From contig JABVCE010000022.1 in NCBI GenBank assembly GCA_014905635.1, forward strand, positions 1 through 64,000: 64,000 nt of DNA, written 5' to 3'. The position numbers and the translations under genes are program-made. Position 1 is the first letter of the stretch. Every line of letters starts with the position of its first letter. Below the pieces are notes generated by a model that was given only the letters and a program-made list of their open reading frames with translations, did no database searches and had not been told where the DNA came from. This DNA is from Scenedesmus sp. PABB004 (lineage: Eukaryota). Below, one piece after another: positions 24,475-37,200 of the stretch.

Positions 24475-25304
24475 TCACAGGCCGCCGGTCGCGCGCAGGC
24501 CCAGCACGATGCCGGCGCCGGCGATGTGGCCGAGCGCGCCGAACGCCAGGGTGTCCACGACCGTGAAGCCTGCGCGGCGCGCGCGGCGCGGTGGGCGCGG
24601 CGCGCGGCGCCCACTGCGGCCGGCGCGGCGCCGCCTGCCCGCGCCGCCGCGCCGGTGCCGCCTGCCCGCGCCGCCGCGCCGGTGCCGCCTGCCCGCGCGG
24701 CCGCGCCGCGCCGCGCACCGGAGGGGTCGTTGGTGAGCAGGCCAGCGGCGTTGGGGCGGTCAACCAGGCGGCAGCCGGCGTCGGTGCCGCGCTTCACGGT
24801 CGGCGCGAGGCCAAACTTGCCGGCGGCCAGGAAGGTCGCGGTGGAGGCCACCATGATCTGGCGGGGGCGGTGCGGGGGCGCGGCGGACCGGCGGCGCGGC
24901 GGTCGGCCAGCTGCCGGTGGCGGCGGGTGCACCCGCGCGGCGCCGGCCCAGGCCGCCCTGCCCGGCGCAACTGGCAGGCTGCTGCCGGGCTGCTGCCGGG
25001 CTGCTGCGCCACGCGCCGCGGCGGCGATCTGGCGCCGCTGCTGCCGCCCCCGCGCGCCCGCCGCCGCGCTCACGATGTTGGTGGTGGAGCCGATGAAGCC
25101 GTCGGCGCGCACGCGCACGGTGCTGCCGCGGGAGACCTGGGCGCGCGCGCGGGGCAGCAGCAGCGAGCGCGGTGGGCGGGATGCGCGGCACCCGCACCCC
25201 TCGCAGCTCGCCCCGGCCAGCTCGCGGCGCGCCCGGCCGGACGGCCGCACCTTCTGGGGCCGCACGGCGGCCTTCATCGACGCGGACTTGAGGGTCGCCT
25301 GCAT
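24475..25304 (-). CDS. PSAK: Photosystem I subunit K, 4 exons
   Basis: Transit peptide, then [30 protein letters not shown]...[30 protein letters not shown]. Confidence 0.96.
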
Positions 25305-26106
25305 CTTGGCCGGTCTGCTGCTCGTGCGGGCGCGGCGCGGGGCGGGATGGGCGGCGGGGAGGCTGCGGAGGGCGTGTGACGCGTGCGGGGCGGGGCGCGC
25401 ACGGTGCGCGACCAGATCGTCAACAGCTTGGGTTCAGGGTGCAACGCCGTCGAGCTCGGTGCTCGGCCGAGCGCGGGGAGCTCACAGTGACACCGGCAGC
25501 GTGCGCGACGCACGCTGGTGCTCGCGCCGCCGCTGGCGCCGCCGCCGTGCGCGCCCGGGCCGCAGGCGCCCGGTCACGCTCGCTGCCCCCGGGCGCTCTC
25601 GTAGCGCGCGCCGCGCGGGCGGCCTGGCTTCGGCGGGCTGAGACGGAGCCTGCGGCCGCGCTGGCTGCACGCGCCGCGTCCGCGCGTCCGCGTCCGCGCC
25701 GCCGCCGCCCCGCGCGGCCGGGCGGCTCTGTGCGGCTCGGCGTCAGAGCCGACGCGCACGGCTGTGTCGCGCCGATCAACCGAGCTTGTGGCGCTGGGCG
25801 CGCGCGGCCGATCGCTGCGCGCCGCACCAAAGCCCCGGCCCGCCGCTGGCGCCGCCCGGCTGGCACTGCCCGCCCCGCAGCGTGCCAGCCTCCCCACTTT
25901 CCGGCCGCCCGCCCAGAGCACTCCCGCTCCTCGCTGCTGTCCTCGCGCAACCGGCAGCAGCTCCAGCAGCTCCAGCAGCGGCGGGTGCAACAGCAGCAGC
26001 AGCGGCAGCGACCTGCGCGCCAGCCAGCAGCAGACTCGCCGCCCCGCCACCAGCAGTCGACCCCCCCCCCCGCCGCACCACCAGCAGAGCACCCCGCCCG
26101 GCAGCG

Positions 26107-26794
26107 ATGCAGCGCCTGCTGCGCAAGACGGCGATCGTGACCGGCGGCGCGCGCGGCATCGGGCTCGCCGTCGCGCAGGCGCTCGGCGCCGAGGGCGCGG
26201 CGGTCATGCTGGGCGACGTCGACGCCGCCGCCGGCGCGGAGGCGGTCGCGGGGCTGTCCGCGGCGGGCGTGCGCGCGGAGTTTGTGCCGTGCGACGTGAG
26301 CTGCGCCGCGCAGGTCGACGCGCTCGTCGCCGCGACGGTCGAGCGCCTGGGCGGCGTCGACATCCTGGTGGCAAACGCAGGTGGGCAACACGCGCGGCCG
26401 CGGCGCTGCAGCGCGGGCGCGCCGCCCGCCCGCGCCCGAGCCCCCGCGCCGCCGCCGCGTCGGCCGCGTCCGCCGCGCCGGCCAGGCATCGTGCGCGCGG
26501 CGCCGTTCCTGGAGATGAGCGAGGCCGACTTTGACGCCGTGCTGGCGGTGAACCTCAAGGGCGCGTTCCTGGCCTGCCAGGCGGCGGCACGCGCGATGGT
26601 CGCGGCGGGGCGGGGCGGCGCCATCATCACCATGAGCTCGGTGCGTGTGTGGATGTGTGTGGGTGTGTGTGGATGTGTGTGGGTGTGGGTGTGGGTGTGG
26701 GTGGGTGGGTGCGTGTGGCTGGGTGGGGGGGGGGCTGGGGGGCTGGGCGCGGTGGGCTGGGCGCGCTGGGCTGGGCGGTGGGCGTGCGCCGCGC

Positions 26795-26883
<89 letters not shown>

Positions 26884-27608
26884 CGCCCCATCGCCCCCGC
26901 TCCGTTGGTGCGGGCAGGTCAACGGCGTGATGGCCATCCCCACGATCGCCGGCTACAACGCCTCCAAGGGCGGCATCGACAACCTCACGCGCTGCATGGC
27001 CCTCGCGCTCGCGCCGCACGGCATTCGCGTCAACGCGATCGGCCCCGGCAGGCGCGGCGCGCGGGGGGCGGCGCGGCGCGCGGGCGGGGTGCGGGCAGCT
27101 GGGAGCGGGCGGCGCGGGGCGCGGGCGGGGGCGTGCGGCAGCCCGCCGCCGCGGCCGCGCAGCAGAGCTCCGGCGCACGCGCCCCGCCGCCCTGCCGCCT
27201 CGGCGCGCAAGCCCCGTAAACCCCGCCCCCTCAACCCCGCCCGGCCGCCGCGCAGCATCGACACCGACGTGCTCGCGTCGGTCGTGGCCGACAAGGCCGC
27301 CATGGAGCGCGTGCTCAGCCGCACGCCGCTCGGGCGCGTGGGCCAGCCGAGCGAGATCGGCAGCGTCGCCGCGTTCCTCGCCTCGCAGGCGCGGCGCGGC
27401 GCGCGGCGCGCGGCGGCGCGCGGCGGCCGCCGCTGCGCGCCGGGGGCGCCCGCCCGCACACGAGCCCCGCCGCCGCGTTTGGACCACCGCGCCCGCGCTG
27501 CTGCCTCCACAAACGCAGGACGCGAGTTACATGACCGGGCAGATCATCTACGTCGACGGCGGCCGCATGGCGCTCAACTACACGGTGCCTGTGCCGGCGC
27601 GGGAGTGA
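26107..27608 (+). CDS. Classical short-chain dehydrogenase/reductase (FabG/glucose-DH-like)
   Basis: [37 protein letters not shown]. Confidence 0.93.
26641..26882. repeat. Intronic GT-rich tract followed by (GCCCGC)n hexamer array
   Basis: Direct reading; hexamer array at about 26795-26882. Confidence 0.9.
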
Positions 27609-28018
27609 GCGAGCACGGGCTCGTTGCGTGCCGCGCGCCGTGCCCGGCCCGCGGGCTCAGCGCGGGCAGGGCACAGGGCGGAGCAGGGGAGGGAGGGGGC
27701 TGCGGCGACGCGCCGCGCCGCGGGGGTGCGCCGCCGCCCTGTGTGGGGTCGCGCCGGGTTTGAACAAGGCAACAGAGAGCTTGGCAACAACAGCAGCAGC
27801 GCTAGCACGCGTCACAGACGCCCCGAAAGGAATCAAGTGCGGACTTACCCAAACGCAGTGCGGGTCCCGGCGCCGGCCCGCTTGCTCAGCGGCGGCCCGT
27901 GCGTTGGCGGGTCAGCCAACGAATGCGGCAGCCCCTTGCCCACAGCCAGTCCAGAGCCCAGGGTCCAGCCCGCCGCCCACGCCGCGCGCGCGTGCGCGCG
28001 CCGCACACTCTCTCACCC

Positions 28019-31000
28019 CTACGCCGCGGAGCCGCCCGCGGGCGGCTGCGGCAGGTCTGGCCACGCGAGCGCGCCGCCGGGGAGCGGCAGCATGAAGAGC
28101 AGCGAGAGCGGCGTCGCCACGGCGAGCAGCAGCGCGGCGGGGAGCAGCGTGCGCGTGATGATCACGCCCTCCCGCACGTGGCCGAGCCCCATGACCGCCT
28201 TGCAGGCGAGCACGTTGGCCACGCAGACCATCTTGCCCGCGCAGCACCCCGTGTCCTGCAGCGCGAGCATCGCCGTCAGCGGCAGGCCCACGCGCGCCGC
28301 CGCGACGAGCTGCACCGAGCCGAGCATCAGGTTGCCCGCCATCACGCTGCGCGGGGGCGCGCGGTGGGCGGGCAGCAGCGCGTCGGCGGGCGCGCGCCGC
28401 GCGCGCTGCGTGCGCTGCGCGCGCGCCGCAGCAGCGCCCCCGCGCGCGCGGCGCGGCGCGCCTTCCGCCGACGAAGCTGCTGAGCGCGCCGAGCAGGCCC
28501 GCGACGGCGACGTAGCCTTTCCCCAGCCAGGCTGAGAAGTAGTAGCCCAGGATGAACCCTGGGGACGCGGCGCCGCCCGCGCGCATCGCCTCGGCGAGCG
28601 CGAGCGCGCCCGCCATCGCCGCGATCGTGCCTGCCGCGGCGGCGGCGGCGGCGGTCGGCGGCGGTCGGCGGGCGGCGCGGGGCGGCGCGGGGCGGCGCGG
28701 GGGGCGGCGGCGCGCGGGGCGGCGCGCGGGGCGGCGCGCGGGGCGGCGGTCGGGGCGGCGCGCTGTGAGCGCGCGCGGGGCGTCGCGCCACGCACCGACC
28801 ATGCGCGCCCACGCCTCGCGGAAGGGCGTGCGCCACGAGGTCGCGGCGCCGAGGTCGGCGCGGTGCACGAGCAGCGTGACGGCGCTCGCGAGGACGAAGG
28901 GCAGCAGGCAGGGCACGAACAGGGCCTCATACGTGGCGCTCGCGGAGGTGGTGAAGATGCTGCCGACCTGCAGCACCAGCGCCGCGCTGACCGACACGTC
29001 GGCGAGCGTGCCGGCGCGGACCGTAAACGCGGGCCGCCGCGCCGTGACGGCCGCGTGCACCGGCCCCACGCGCGTGAGCAGGAGCGTGAGCACGGTCAGC
29101 CAGATGGGCAGCGTGCGCAGCACGGCCTCGCGCGCGCTGAACGGCGGCAGCTCCAGCACCGCGCTCGCCTGCCGCGCCGCGCTCGGCGCGGGCGACAGCT
29201 TGCCCGCCGAGCGCGCCGACTGCCGCGCCGCGCCCGGCGCGGGCGGCAGCTTGCCCGCCGAGCGCGCGCTCGTCGCGCCAGGCCCGCGCGCCGGGAGCGG
29301 CCCACCGGCCGCCGCGCCGCCGGCGCCGGCCACGCAGGCGAGCAGCACCGGCGCCGGCGCGCCGCCCGCGCCCGGCGAGCCGGCGCCGCTGGCGTCGCAG
29401 CGGCGGCTGGCGGCCGCGCTGGGCGGGTTGAGGGCGAGCGCGCGCGGGCCGCGTCATCGAGGCGCTTTCGATGTCGCCGCGCCGCCACGCCACGTCGGCC
29501 AGGTCGCCCTCCTCCGCGCCCGCCCACCAGTCGCCGCTCGCGGCCGACGCCGCCGGCGCGGCCGACGCGCGCCCCGGCAGCACCGCCACGGCGTCGGCGA
29601 GCAGCACGCGCACGCGCGAGCGCCGCCGGACCGCCGGGCCGTCGGCGTCGCTGCTGTCGGCGTCGCCGTCGCACGCGGCGCCGCCCCGCGCGGCCGCGCC
29701 GCGGGCCTTGCCCACCTCGGCCGCGGCCGCGTCGAGGGCGCGCTGCGCCTCCGCCTCCTCGGCGGCGGCTGCCGCGGCGGCCGCCTCGAGCGCGTCGATC
29801 GCGTCCTGCGCGGCCGCGTTGAGCGTCGCCGCGCGCGCGAGCGAGCCCGTGGCGTCGCAGAGCGGCGGCTTGATGCCGACGCCCCAGTAGATCATCGCGC
29901 CCGTCACGAGCGTGCTCACCGCGCCGCCTGCGGCGCGGCCGCGCGCGCGGCCGGGCGTGAGCGCGCGCGGCGTGCGTCGGTCAGGGCGCGTGGCTGCGCC
30001 GCCGCCTCGCGCGCGGTTTGCTGTGCCCGTGGGCGCACCGACGACAACGGGCATGTCCTGCGAGTATATGGACACCACGAGCGTCGGCGCGACGGCCGAG
30101 AGGATCGACGCAAGCACAAAGACCCAGCTGCGCGCGAGCTCGCGCCAGGGCGCGAGGAACGCCGCCGCAAACGGGACGACCACCAACGCTGCCGCGCCGA
30201 CCATCACTGAGGCCTTGGCGCCGATGAGCAGGATGTTGCCCGGCGAGAGGCCGAGCCTCCCAAAGCCAAACCACACGACCATGCCGACGGAGCCGAGGTG
30301 CGACGCCGCCGAGTTGAGCACGACCAGGGACACCACGCACAGCAGCGGGTCGTGCCCGAGCGACGCGAGCATCGGCGCGGCGAGCGCGACGGGCGCGCCA
30401 AAGCCGCCGATGCCCTACGCGGCGTCCGGGCGGAGGCGGCGGCGGCGGCGTCAGAGGAGAGCGCCGGCGCCGCGGGCTGCTGGAGCCTCCGTTTTGGCGC
30501 CGTGCCGCGCCGGCCGGCGCGCCGCGCTGCGCGCGCTGCGCGCGCGTGCGGCCGCGCGGCGCGCGCGCGCCCGCGCGCCTCGAGCATGCACGCAAATGCC
30601 CAGCCGATGAGCATCACCTCCGCCACGGGGTTGCCGGCGGAGAGGCGCTTGGTGTGGGCCATCATCCATGGCATACACTGGCCGGGGCAGGCAGGCAGGC
30701 AGGCTCGCGGCAGGCTCGCGGCGCAGCGCGCGGCGCGGCGCGCGGCGCGCCGCGCCCGGCGGCTCGGCCGCCGCGGCCGCGGCCGCACCCCCCCCGCAGC
30801 GCGCCGCCGCGCGCGCGCGCGCCGCGCCGCGCACCTTTGTTTGCTCCATGGTCCGGAACAATAAAATCGCGCCGAAGACCACGCTGAGGGGGATGCTGGC
30901 CTCGAGCACGCCCGACGCCAGCGCCGCGAGCGTCGTGAGCGGCGGCGTGCGCAGGTAGCCGAGCGTCACGCACGCCATGAGCCCCGCGGTCACCGGCAGG

Positions 31001-31346
31001 CTCACGCGCGAGGGCAGCGCGATGCGCGGCACGAGCGTGACGGCGAGCAGGAACGCGATGGGCGCAAGGCACAGGAGCACCGCGCCCGCGGGGCCCCTGG
31101 GCGGCGGCGCGCGGGCGGGCGGGTCGCGCGTGGCGGTGGCGCGCAGGCGGGCGGGCGGGTCGTGCGGGTGGGCGGCGCGCGCTGGGCGGCGCGCGCTGGG
31201 CGGCGCGCGCTGGGCGGCGCGCGCTGGGCGGCGCGCGCTGGGCGGCTGTCGCCTGCGGCGGCGGCCACACGGCACGCCCACCGCCACCCAGCTCACCACG
31301 GCGTGTCCGCGGGCACCGTGCTCGCGGTTATCAAGGTCGACGACAT
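28019..31346 (-). CDS. L-lactate permease (LctP/LldP) family transporter with a large central hydrophilic insertion
   Basis: MSSTLITAS...LAPIAFLLAV...VVFGAILLFRTME...MLIGWAFACMLE|GIGGFGAPVALAAPML; C-terminal half LLGALSSFVGG|SVMAGNLML...AGKMVC. Apparent frameshift(s) at about 29430-29470. Confidence 0.85.
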
Positions 31347-31821
31347 TCGCGCCGCTGCCGCTGCCGCCGCGGCGGCGAGGTGCCGGCGGCGCCGCTGGCT
31401 CCCGGGGCAGGGAGCCGCGCCTGAGCTGCGTCCCGCGACCGACAGCACCGCGAGCCCGCCCCCCAGCGAGCCGGGGCGGGGCGACGAAGGCTGCGCCCGC
31501 TCCGGGTGCGCAGCTGCGATCGCGGGCGGCTCTGCAACTGAAGAGAGAGGTGCGGGCTACTTGAGGGCTGCTCGTCGGCTTGCGCAGCGCGCCGGGCGGT
31601 CGCCGCACAAGCGTCTGGCCTCAAATGAGCGGAGGTTCGCGTTGCCCAGCACTCGTTTGGTGTGCACCTGGCCACGAGAGCTCCCCGGAGCGACGGCCGT
31701 GCGTGTGGCGACGCGGCGGCGGGCGCATCAACGCCGGCGGCGGGGCGTCAACGCGGCGCGTGCTGTCACGTTGAGCCCAAGCCCGCGCCGCCGGCCGTCG
31801 CCGACCAGCCCGCGCCCGTGC

Positions 31822-32653
31822 TCAGTAGCCGTGCACCGACGCGGCGGCCTCATGCAGAAGCTTCTGCGGGGCCGGGCAGCGGGCGGGCGGCGGGCGGCGG
31901 TGGGCCGCGCGCTGCGGGCGCCGCGCCGTCGCGCCTTGGTACGGCCGGGCGGCGGCGGCGCGCTGCTGGCGGCGGCGGCATCGGCAGCGCCGCCGCGCCT
32001 TGGTCATCGCGCGCCCCTCCGGCGTGAGCAGCGTCAGCAGCGCCGTCTCGATCAGCCGGAACACGACGAGCACGAACAGCGCGAGGTGCGCGCTGAGCAG
32101 CACAAAGCGCTGCCGCTTCTGCTGCGGCAGCTGCCGGAACGCGTCGGTCGTGTCGACCGTGAGCCCCCGGCCCGCGTGCAGGCGCAGCATGTACGCGAGC
32201 AGCGCCGCGTGCGCGCCGCCGGCGAGCCAGTTGCCACTCAGCACCAGCAGCGCGGCGAGGGCGCCCTGCGCCGCGAGCTCGTGCACCTGCGGCGCCGCGG
32301 CCGGGCGGCGGCGCGCGGTGGGCTGGCCGCCGCCGCGGCGGCGGCCACGCGCGCCTGCGGCCCGCGTCAGCGTGCGCGCCGCGCCCCGGCCGCCGCCGCC
32401 GCCCGCGTGGTGCGCACCACGAAGCGGTTCATCTTCGAGGAGAGGTCGTAAGGGTTTATGAAGTCGTTCTCAAGGTCGGTCAGGCACACCAGCTGCGAGC
32501 GGCGGGCGGGCGGGCGCCGCAGCCTGGGCGCGCCGCACCTCCGCGGGGCCGCGCCGTCCCCCGTGCGCGCGCACGCACCGCATACATGTTGCGCCCTAGC
32601 AGAGTGGACTGCAGGATCATGGCCGCCAGCCACACGAGCAGCTGCGGCGACAT
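31822..32653 (-). CDS. Cornichon/Erv14-family ER cargo receptor
   Basis: LVCLTDLENDFINPYDLSSKMN signature, VDTTDAFRQL, three hydrophobic helices. Confidence 0.92.
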
Positions 32654-33101
32654 CGGGCCCGCCGCCGCGCCGCTGCTGCGGCGCTGCTCGCGCCGGCCCG
32701 GCCGCTGCGCTGGGCGGCGGCACGCGCGCGGCTGTCCACTCTGCGCGCGTCAAGGTCGGCGACGGGCCCGCTCGCGCGGGATGGCGCGCGGCTGCAGCTG
32801 CGGTGCGGGCGGCGGTCGCTGATGGCGGTCGCTGCTCGCGCTCCGCGGCCCCAAGACGTGCTGATCGCGTGACGCTGCAAGCTCGTGTGTGCAAGCTCTG
32901 GTGTGGGCGCAGCGGGGCGCTGCGAGCAGGCACGCGAAAGCGCACAGCGCGGCGGCGTCACGAGCGGTTCAAGGCGCGCCGCTCCCGACACGGCCGCGCG
33001 ATGAGGGGCCGATCACCCCGACCGCCGGGCGCGCGGCACAGAGGGCGCCGCCGCCGCCCCAACACCACTCCCCGCTGCAGTCCCAGCGCGGCCGCAGCCT
33101 C

Positions 33102-33735
33102 TCAGCGGGGCGCGACCGCGGGCAGCGACTGCGGCGGCGGGCCGACCGGCACGCCCTTGGCCTCCTGCGAGCGAGCGAGCGAGCGAGCGCGCGCGGCGGC
33201 GAGTCGGCGGCGCCGCCCCCGCCTCAGCGCGGCGGCGGCCCCCGCGGCCCCCGCGCCGCAGCCCCTGCGCCGCCGCTGGTCGCCGCACCTCTGGCAGCAC
33301 GTGCTGGCCGTGCGGCAGCGCGAGCGCGGCCGCGAGCTGCGCGGCCGGGAACGCGGGCGCGGGGCGCGGCGGGTCCTGCGGCGCGGCGTCCGCGAGCGGC
33401 TCCAGCGCCCACGCGTCGCCCCGGAACAGGCGCGTGTCGCCCGGCGGGCGCGCCCGCTTGTACAGCTCCGCGCCGACCAAGTTGAGCGCCGCGTCGCGCA
33501 GCACGGGCGAGATGTGGGCCGCGGCCCACACGTCGCTGGCGGCCGTCACCGCGTCGGCGCCGCCTGCGGTCCGCGGGCGCGATTGCCCGCCTCGGCGGCG
33601 TGAGCGCAGGAGCAGCAGCAGCAGCAGCGGCGGCCTCCGGCGCCGGCGCCGCGCCGCGTCGCGGCACCCACGCGGCTGCAGCGTGGCGTCCAGCAGGGCC
33701 GTCAGGCTCGCCCGGTCCACCGGCGGCGCCGCCAT
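33102..33735 (-). CDS. Hypothetical protein, about 3 exons
   Basis: gccATG start MAAPPVDRASLTALLDATLQP; coding-like exon HISPVLRDAALNLVGAELYKR; last exon EAKGVPVGPPPQSLPAVAPR*. Confidence 0.55.
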
Positions 33736-34065
33736 GGCGGCGGCGCCGCGGCGGCAGCGGCTGCGCACTGCGCGCCGCAGCGGCGCTCGGCGGGGAGCCG
33801 GCCGCGGGCTGTACCGAGTTGCGCGCGGCGCCGGTGGCCGCTGGCGTGATCCGCAGCCACACGCTGCAGCCGCGCTGCGCTGAAGCATCGCGCGGCGCGC
33901 GCCGCCGTTACGACGCTGAACGCTCAAACCCAGCTGCGCCCCAAACGTCCCCGCCGCCCGCCAGAATGCGCCCCGCGCTCGTGGCGCACTCGTCCGCCCT
34001 CCTCCGCCGCCGGCCCGGGCCGCCGGCCGATCCATTGTTGCGCGGCCTCGGGCCGACCGCCCGCC

Positions 34066-35665
34066 ATGGTCTCGCTGCGCGACGGCAAGACCTACGACCC
34101 CGCGGCCGGCCTGGCCAGCGGCGGGGCGCGGCCGCGGCGCTCCTCCCGCGTTGCGCGGCGCGCGAGCGGCGCGGCGAGCGAGCTCTCCGGCCTGGACAGC
34201 GGCCTGGACAGCCTGGACGGCCCCGAGCCCCCCAGTCCCGGCGGGGAGGCGACCAGCAAGCGCGTGGGCGCGGCGGCAGCGCGCCCCAAGCGCGGGCGCG
34301 CCGCGGCGCCGGTGATGGACGGCCTCTCGCCCATCGCCGAGCCCCCCGGCGCGGCGTCCGACGACACCCAGGACCAGGGCCTCGCCGAGGCGGCCGGCAC
34401 GGAGCTCCCCGACGACTCCGACGGCAGCCCCAGCCCGCTGCCCAAGAAGAAGGCGCGCACGGCGGGCGCCAAGGGCGGCGCCGCTGCGCGCGGGCCGCGC
34501 GGGCGCCGCCGGGGCGGCGCGCGGCCGCCGCGCCGGCGCCGGCGTCGCCGCCGCGGCGGCGGTGGCGGTGGCGCTGCTCGCCGCCGCGGCGGCGGCGCTC
34601 TGGCCGGAGCACGCTGCGGCGGCGCGCGCCGCGGCGAGCGACGCGCTCGCGGCCGGCCGCGCCGCGGCGGGCGACGCGCTCGTGGCGGGCCGCGCGGCCG
34701 CGGGCGACGCGCTTGCGGCGGGCCGCGCGAAGCTCGAGGCGGCAGGCCTGTCGGAGCGCCTGGCCGCGCTCGAGGCGTCGCTCGGCGGCGCGGGCGCGTC
34801 GACGCTGCAGGCGCTGCACGCGGGCGCCGCGGGCGCGCAGGCGCACCTGCACACGGTGCTGCTGCAGCTCCACGTGCGCTACCCCTCGCTCGTCCCCGCC
34901 GGCCTCGCGCGCGGCGCCGCGACCGCGCGCGACCCCGCCGCGTGGGACGCGGGCGTGCTGGAGCGCGTGCTCCCCGGCGGCGCCGCGTGGGCCGAGCTCG
35001 CGCGCGACGCCGCGGAGCGCCTGCGCACGCCGCCCGCGCACCGCGGCCACAAGGCGGTCGCGCTGCTGCTCGCGTGCGGCAGCGCCGCGGACTGCGGCGA
35101 CGCCGCCGCGGCGCTCGCGGTGCTGCCGCCGCGCGGCGAGGCGTGCGCGCTCAGCCTGAGCGCCGCCCGGCTCGGCGCGGGGCCGCAGCCCGCCGCGGTG
35201 CTGCAGGCCACGCTCGCGCCGTTCCTGCGGCGCTGCCCCGCGGGCCTCGTGCTGCTGACGGGCGCCGAGGCGCTGCCGCCGGGCGCACTGCCCGCGCTGA
35301 ACAACGCGCTGAGCGAGCTCGGCGGCTTCCAGCACGACGGCGCCGTGCCCGGCGGCGCGGCGGCGTACGCGCTGCTCGCGCAGCTGCCGGCGCGCGCGGT
35401 CGCCGGCGCCGCGGGCGACGCCGACACGGCCGCCGCGGGCGACGCGATCAAGGACGCGTTCTTCGCGCTGCAGGGCGCGGCGCTCGATGCGGCGCGCGGC
35501 GGCGCGGCCGGCGCGGGCGAGGCCGAGGCCCTGGCCGGCGCGGGGCGGGCGCTGAAGGCGCTGCACCGGCGCATCGACTTTGCCGCGCCGGTGCGGCTCG
35601 GCGCGGAGGCCGAAGACGCGGTCGACGCCAGCGCCGACGAGGCGGCCGCGCCGGCAAAGGCGTGA
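34066..35665 (+). CDS. Membrane protein with degenerate torsin/AAA+-like C-terminal domain (LAP1/LULL1-like)
   Basis: Disordered N-terminus with PKKKAR, one TM helix (VAVALLAAAAAALWP), then FLRRCPAGLVLLTGAEALPPGALPAL and ALKALHRRIDFAAPV. Apparent frameshift at about 34490-34560. Confidence 0.6.
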
Positions 35666-36266
35666 GCGCGCGCGCGGGCGGCGCGCGCGCGTGGGAGAGG
35701 GGGGGGGGGGGGAGCGGCGGCGCCGGCGCGGCGCGGCGGGCGGTCGGGCAGGGCGGGGCGGCGGCAGCCGCCGGTCGGGCTGCCGCGGCGTTTCGACGGC
35801 GGCGGCGCGGCGGCGGGCGGGCGGGTCGGGGCTGGGCTGGGGCAGGCAGGGCGGCGGCGACGGGCCCCCGAACGGCGACGAGGCGGCGACGACGACGCCG
35901 TCGCCGGGCTGGCCGACATAGTCTGGCAATTGAGCGGCCGCGCAATGCCGGCGGGGTGGTGGGCTGACGTCCTGACCGGGGTTGACGACGGGGGGGGGGT
36001 GTACATGCTCACGCAACGCTGCGGAGACGCGTGGGCCATCGCTCCCGCGCGCGGCGGCGCAGCGCCGCTGAGCCCTGGTGCTGCCAGGCTTGCCGGGTCT
36101 GGCCAGCCTCGCTCTCGGGCAGAACCGGACAGGTCTGACTGCGGGCGCCAGCGCAGCAGCCGGCGGCGGCGACCGGACAATCAGCAGCAGCAGCCGGCGG
36201 CGAGCCGGAAGCGCGCGGCGCGTCGCTGCGGATCGCCCGGATCGCGCGCCTGCTCCCTCCCTCGCC

Positions 36267-36668
36267 ATGGACCGGCGGCGGAGCGAGAGCGGGCACAATC
36301 AGCCGCATGTGCAGGTGGTGGGCTTCCGCATCGAGGGCCAGTCGCCCTCGCCGAGCCCCGGCTCCCTTCTGCAGGACTCCCTGCGCACCATCAGCACCGG
36401 GTCACCCACGCCCGTGATCATCCCGCCGCAGTTCCAGGTGCGCGCGCGCCGGCGGCGGCAGCGCCGCTGCTCCTGCTGCCGTGCAGCGCCGGCCGCCTGC
36501 CGCCGCGAGAGCGGGCAAAAGCTCACGCCGCCTCCTCCCGCGCGTCCCCGCACTGCGCAGCGGGAGCCCAGCGGCACGCGCGGCGCGGACTCGGCCGCCA
36601 CGCGCAGCCTGGTGAGCGCGCGGCCGGCGGCAGCAGCGCAGCGACGCGCACCGCCGCTGCCCGCTCAC

Positions 36669-36708
<40 letters not shown>

Positions 36709-37152
36709 GCGCGCAGGCGCCGGAGTTTGCGGCCGGCCAGCCGGGCCCCAGCGTGCTGCGCACGTCGTCGAGCGTCACGCAGGGCACAGTGCAGCTGCAG
36801 GGCCCGCCCAGCGCCGCCGTGCCGCCGCCGGCCGCGCCCGCGGCCGCGGCGCAGCCGCCGCAGCAGCCCGCGGCGTCGGCGCCGCCGCCGGCGGCGGCCG
36901 CGCCGCCGGCGGCCGCGCCTGCAGCGGCAGGCGCGGCGCCCGGCGCCGCGGCCGGCGGCGCGGCGGAGCCTGCAGCGGCAGGAGATGCGGGCGCCGGCGG
37001 CGCCAAGCCGGGCCGCGACGCCAAGCAGAAGGCGCTGCCTGAGGGCGAGAAGCCGCCCCCCAAGGTGCCCAAGCCGGCGTCAAAGGCGGAGCGGCGCGCG
37101 CTGCAGGAGGCGCAGCGCGCGGCCAAGGCGGCGGCCAAGGGCGACGCCGCGC

Positions 37153-37200
<48 letters not shown>

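Noticed and set aside
24631..24712. Three 27-bp tandem repeats in a PsaK intron
   Set aside because: Ordinary intronic slippage repeat with no evidence of function.
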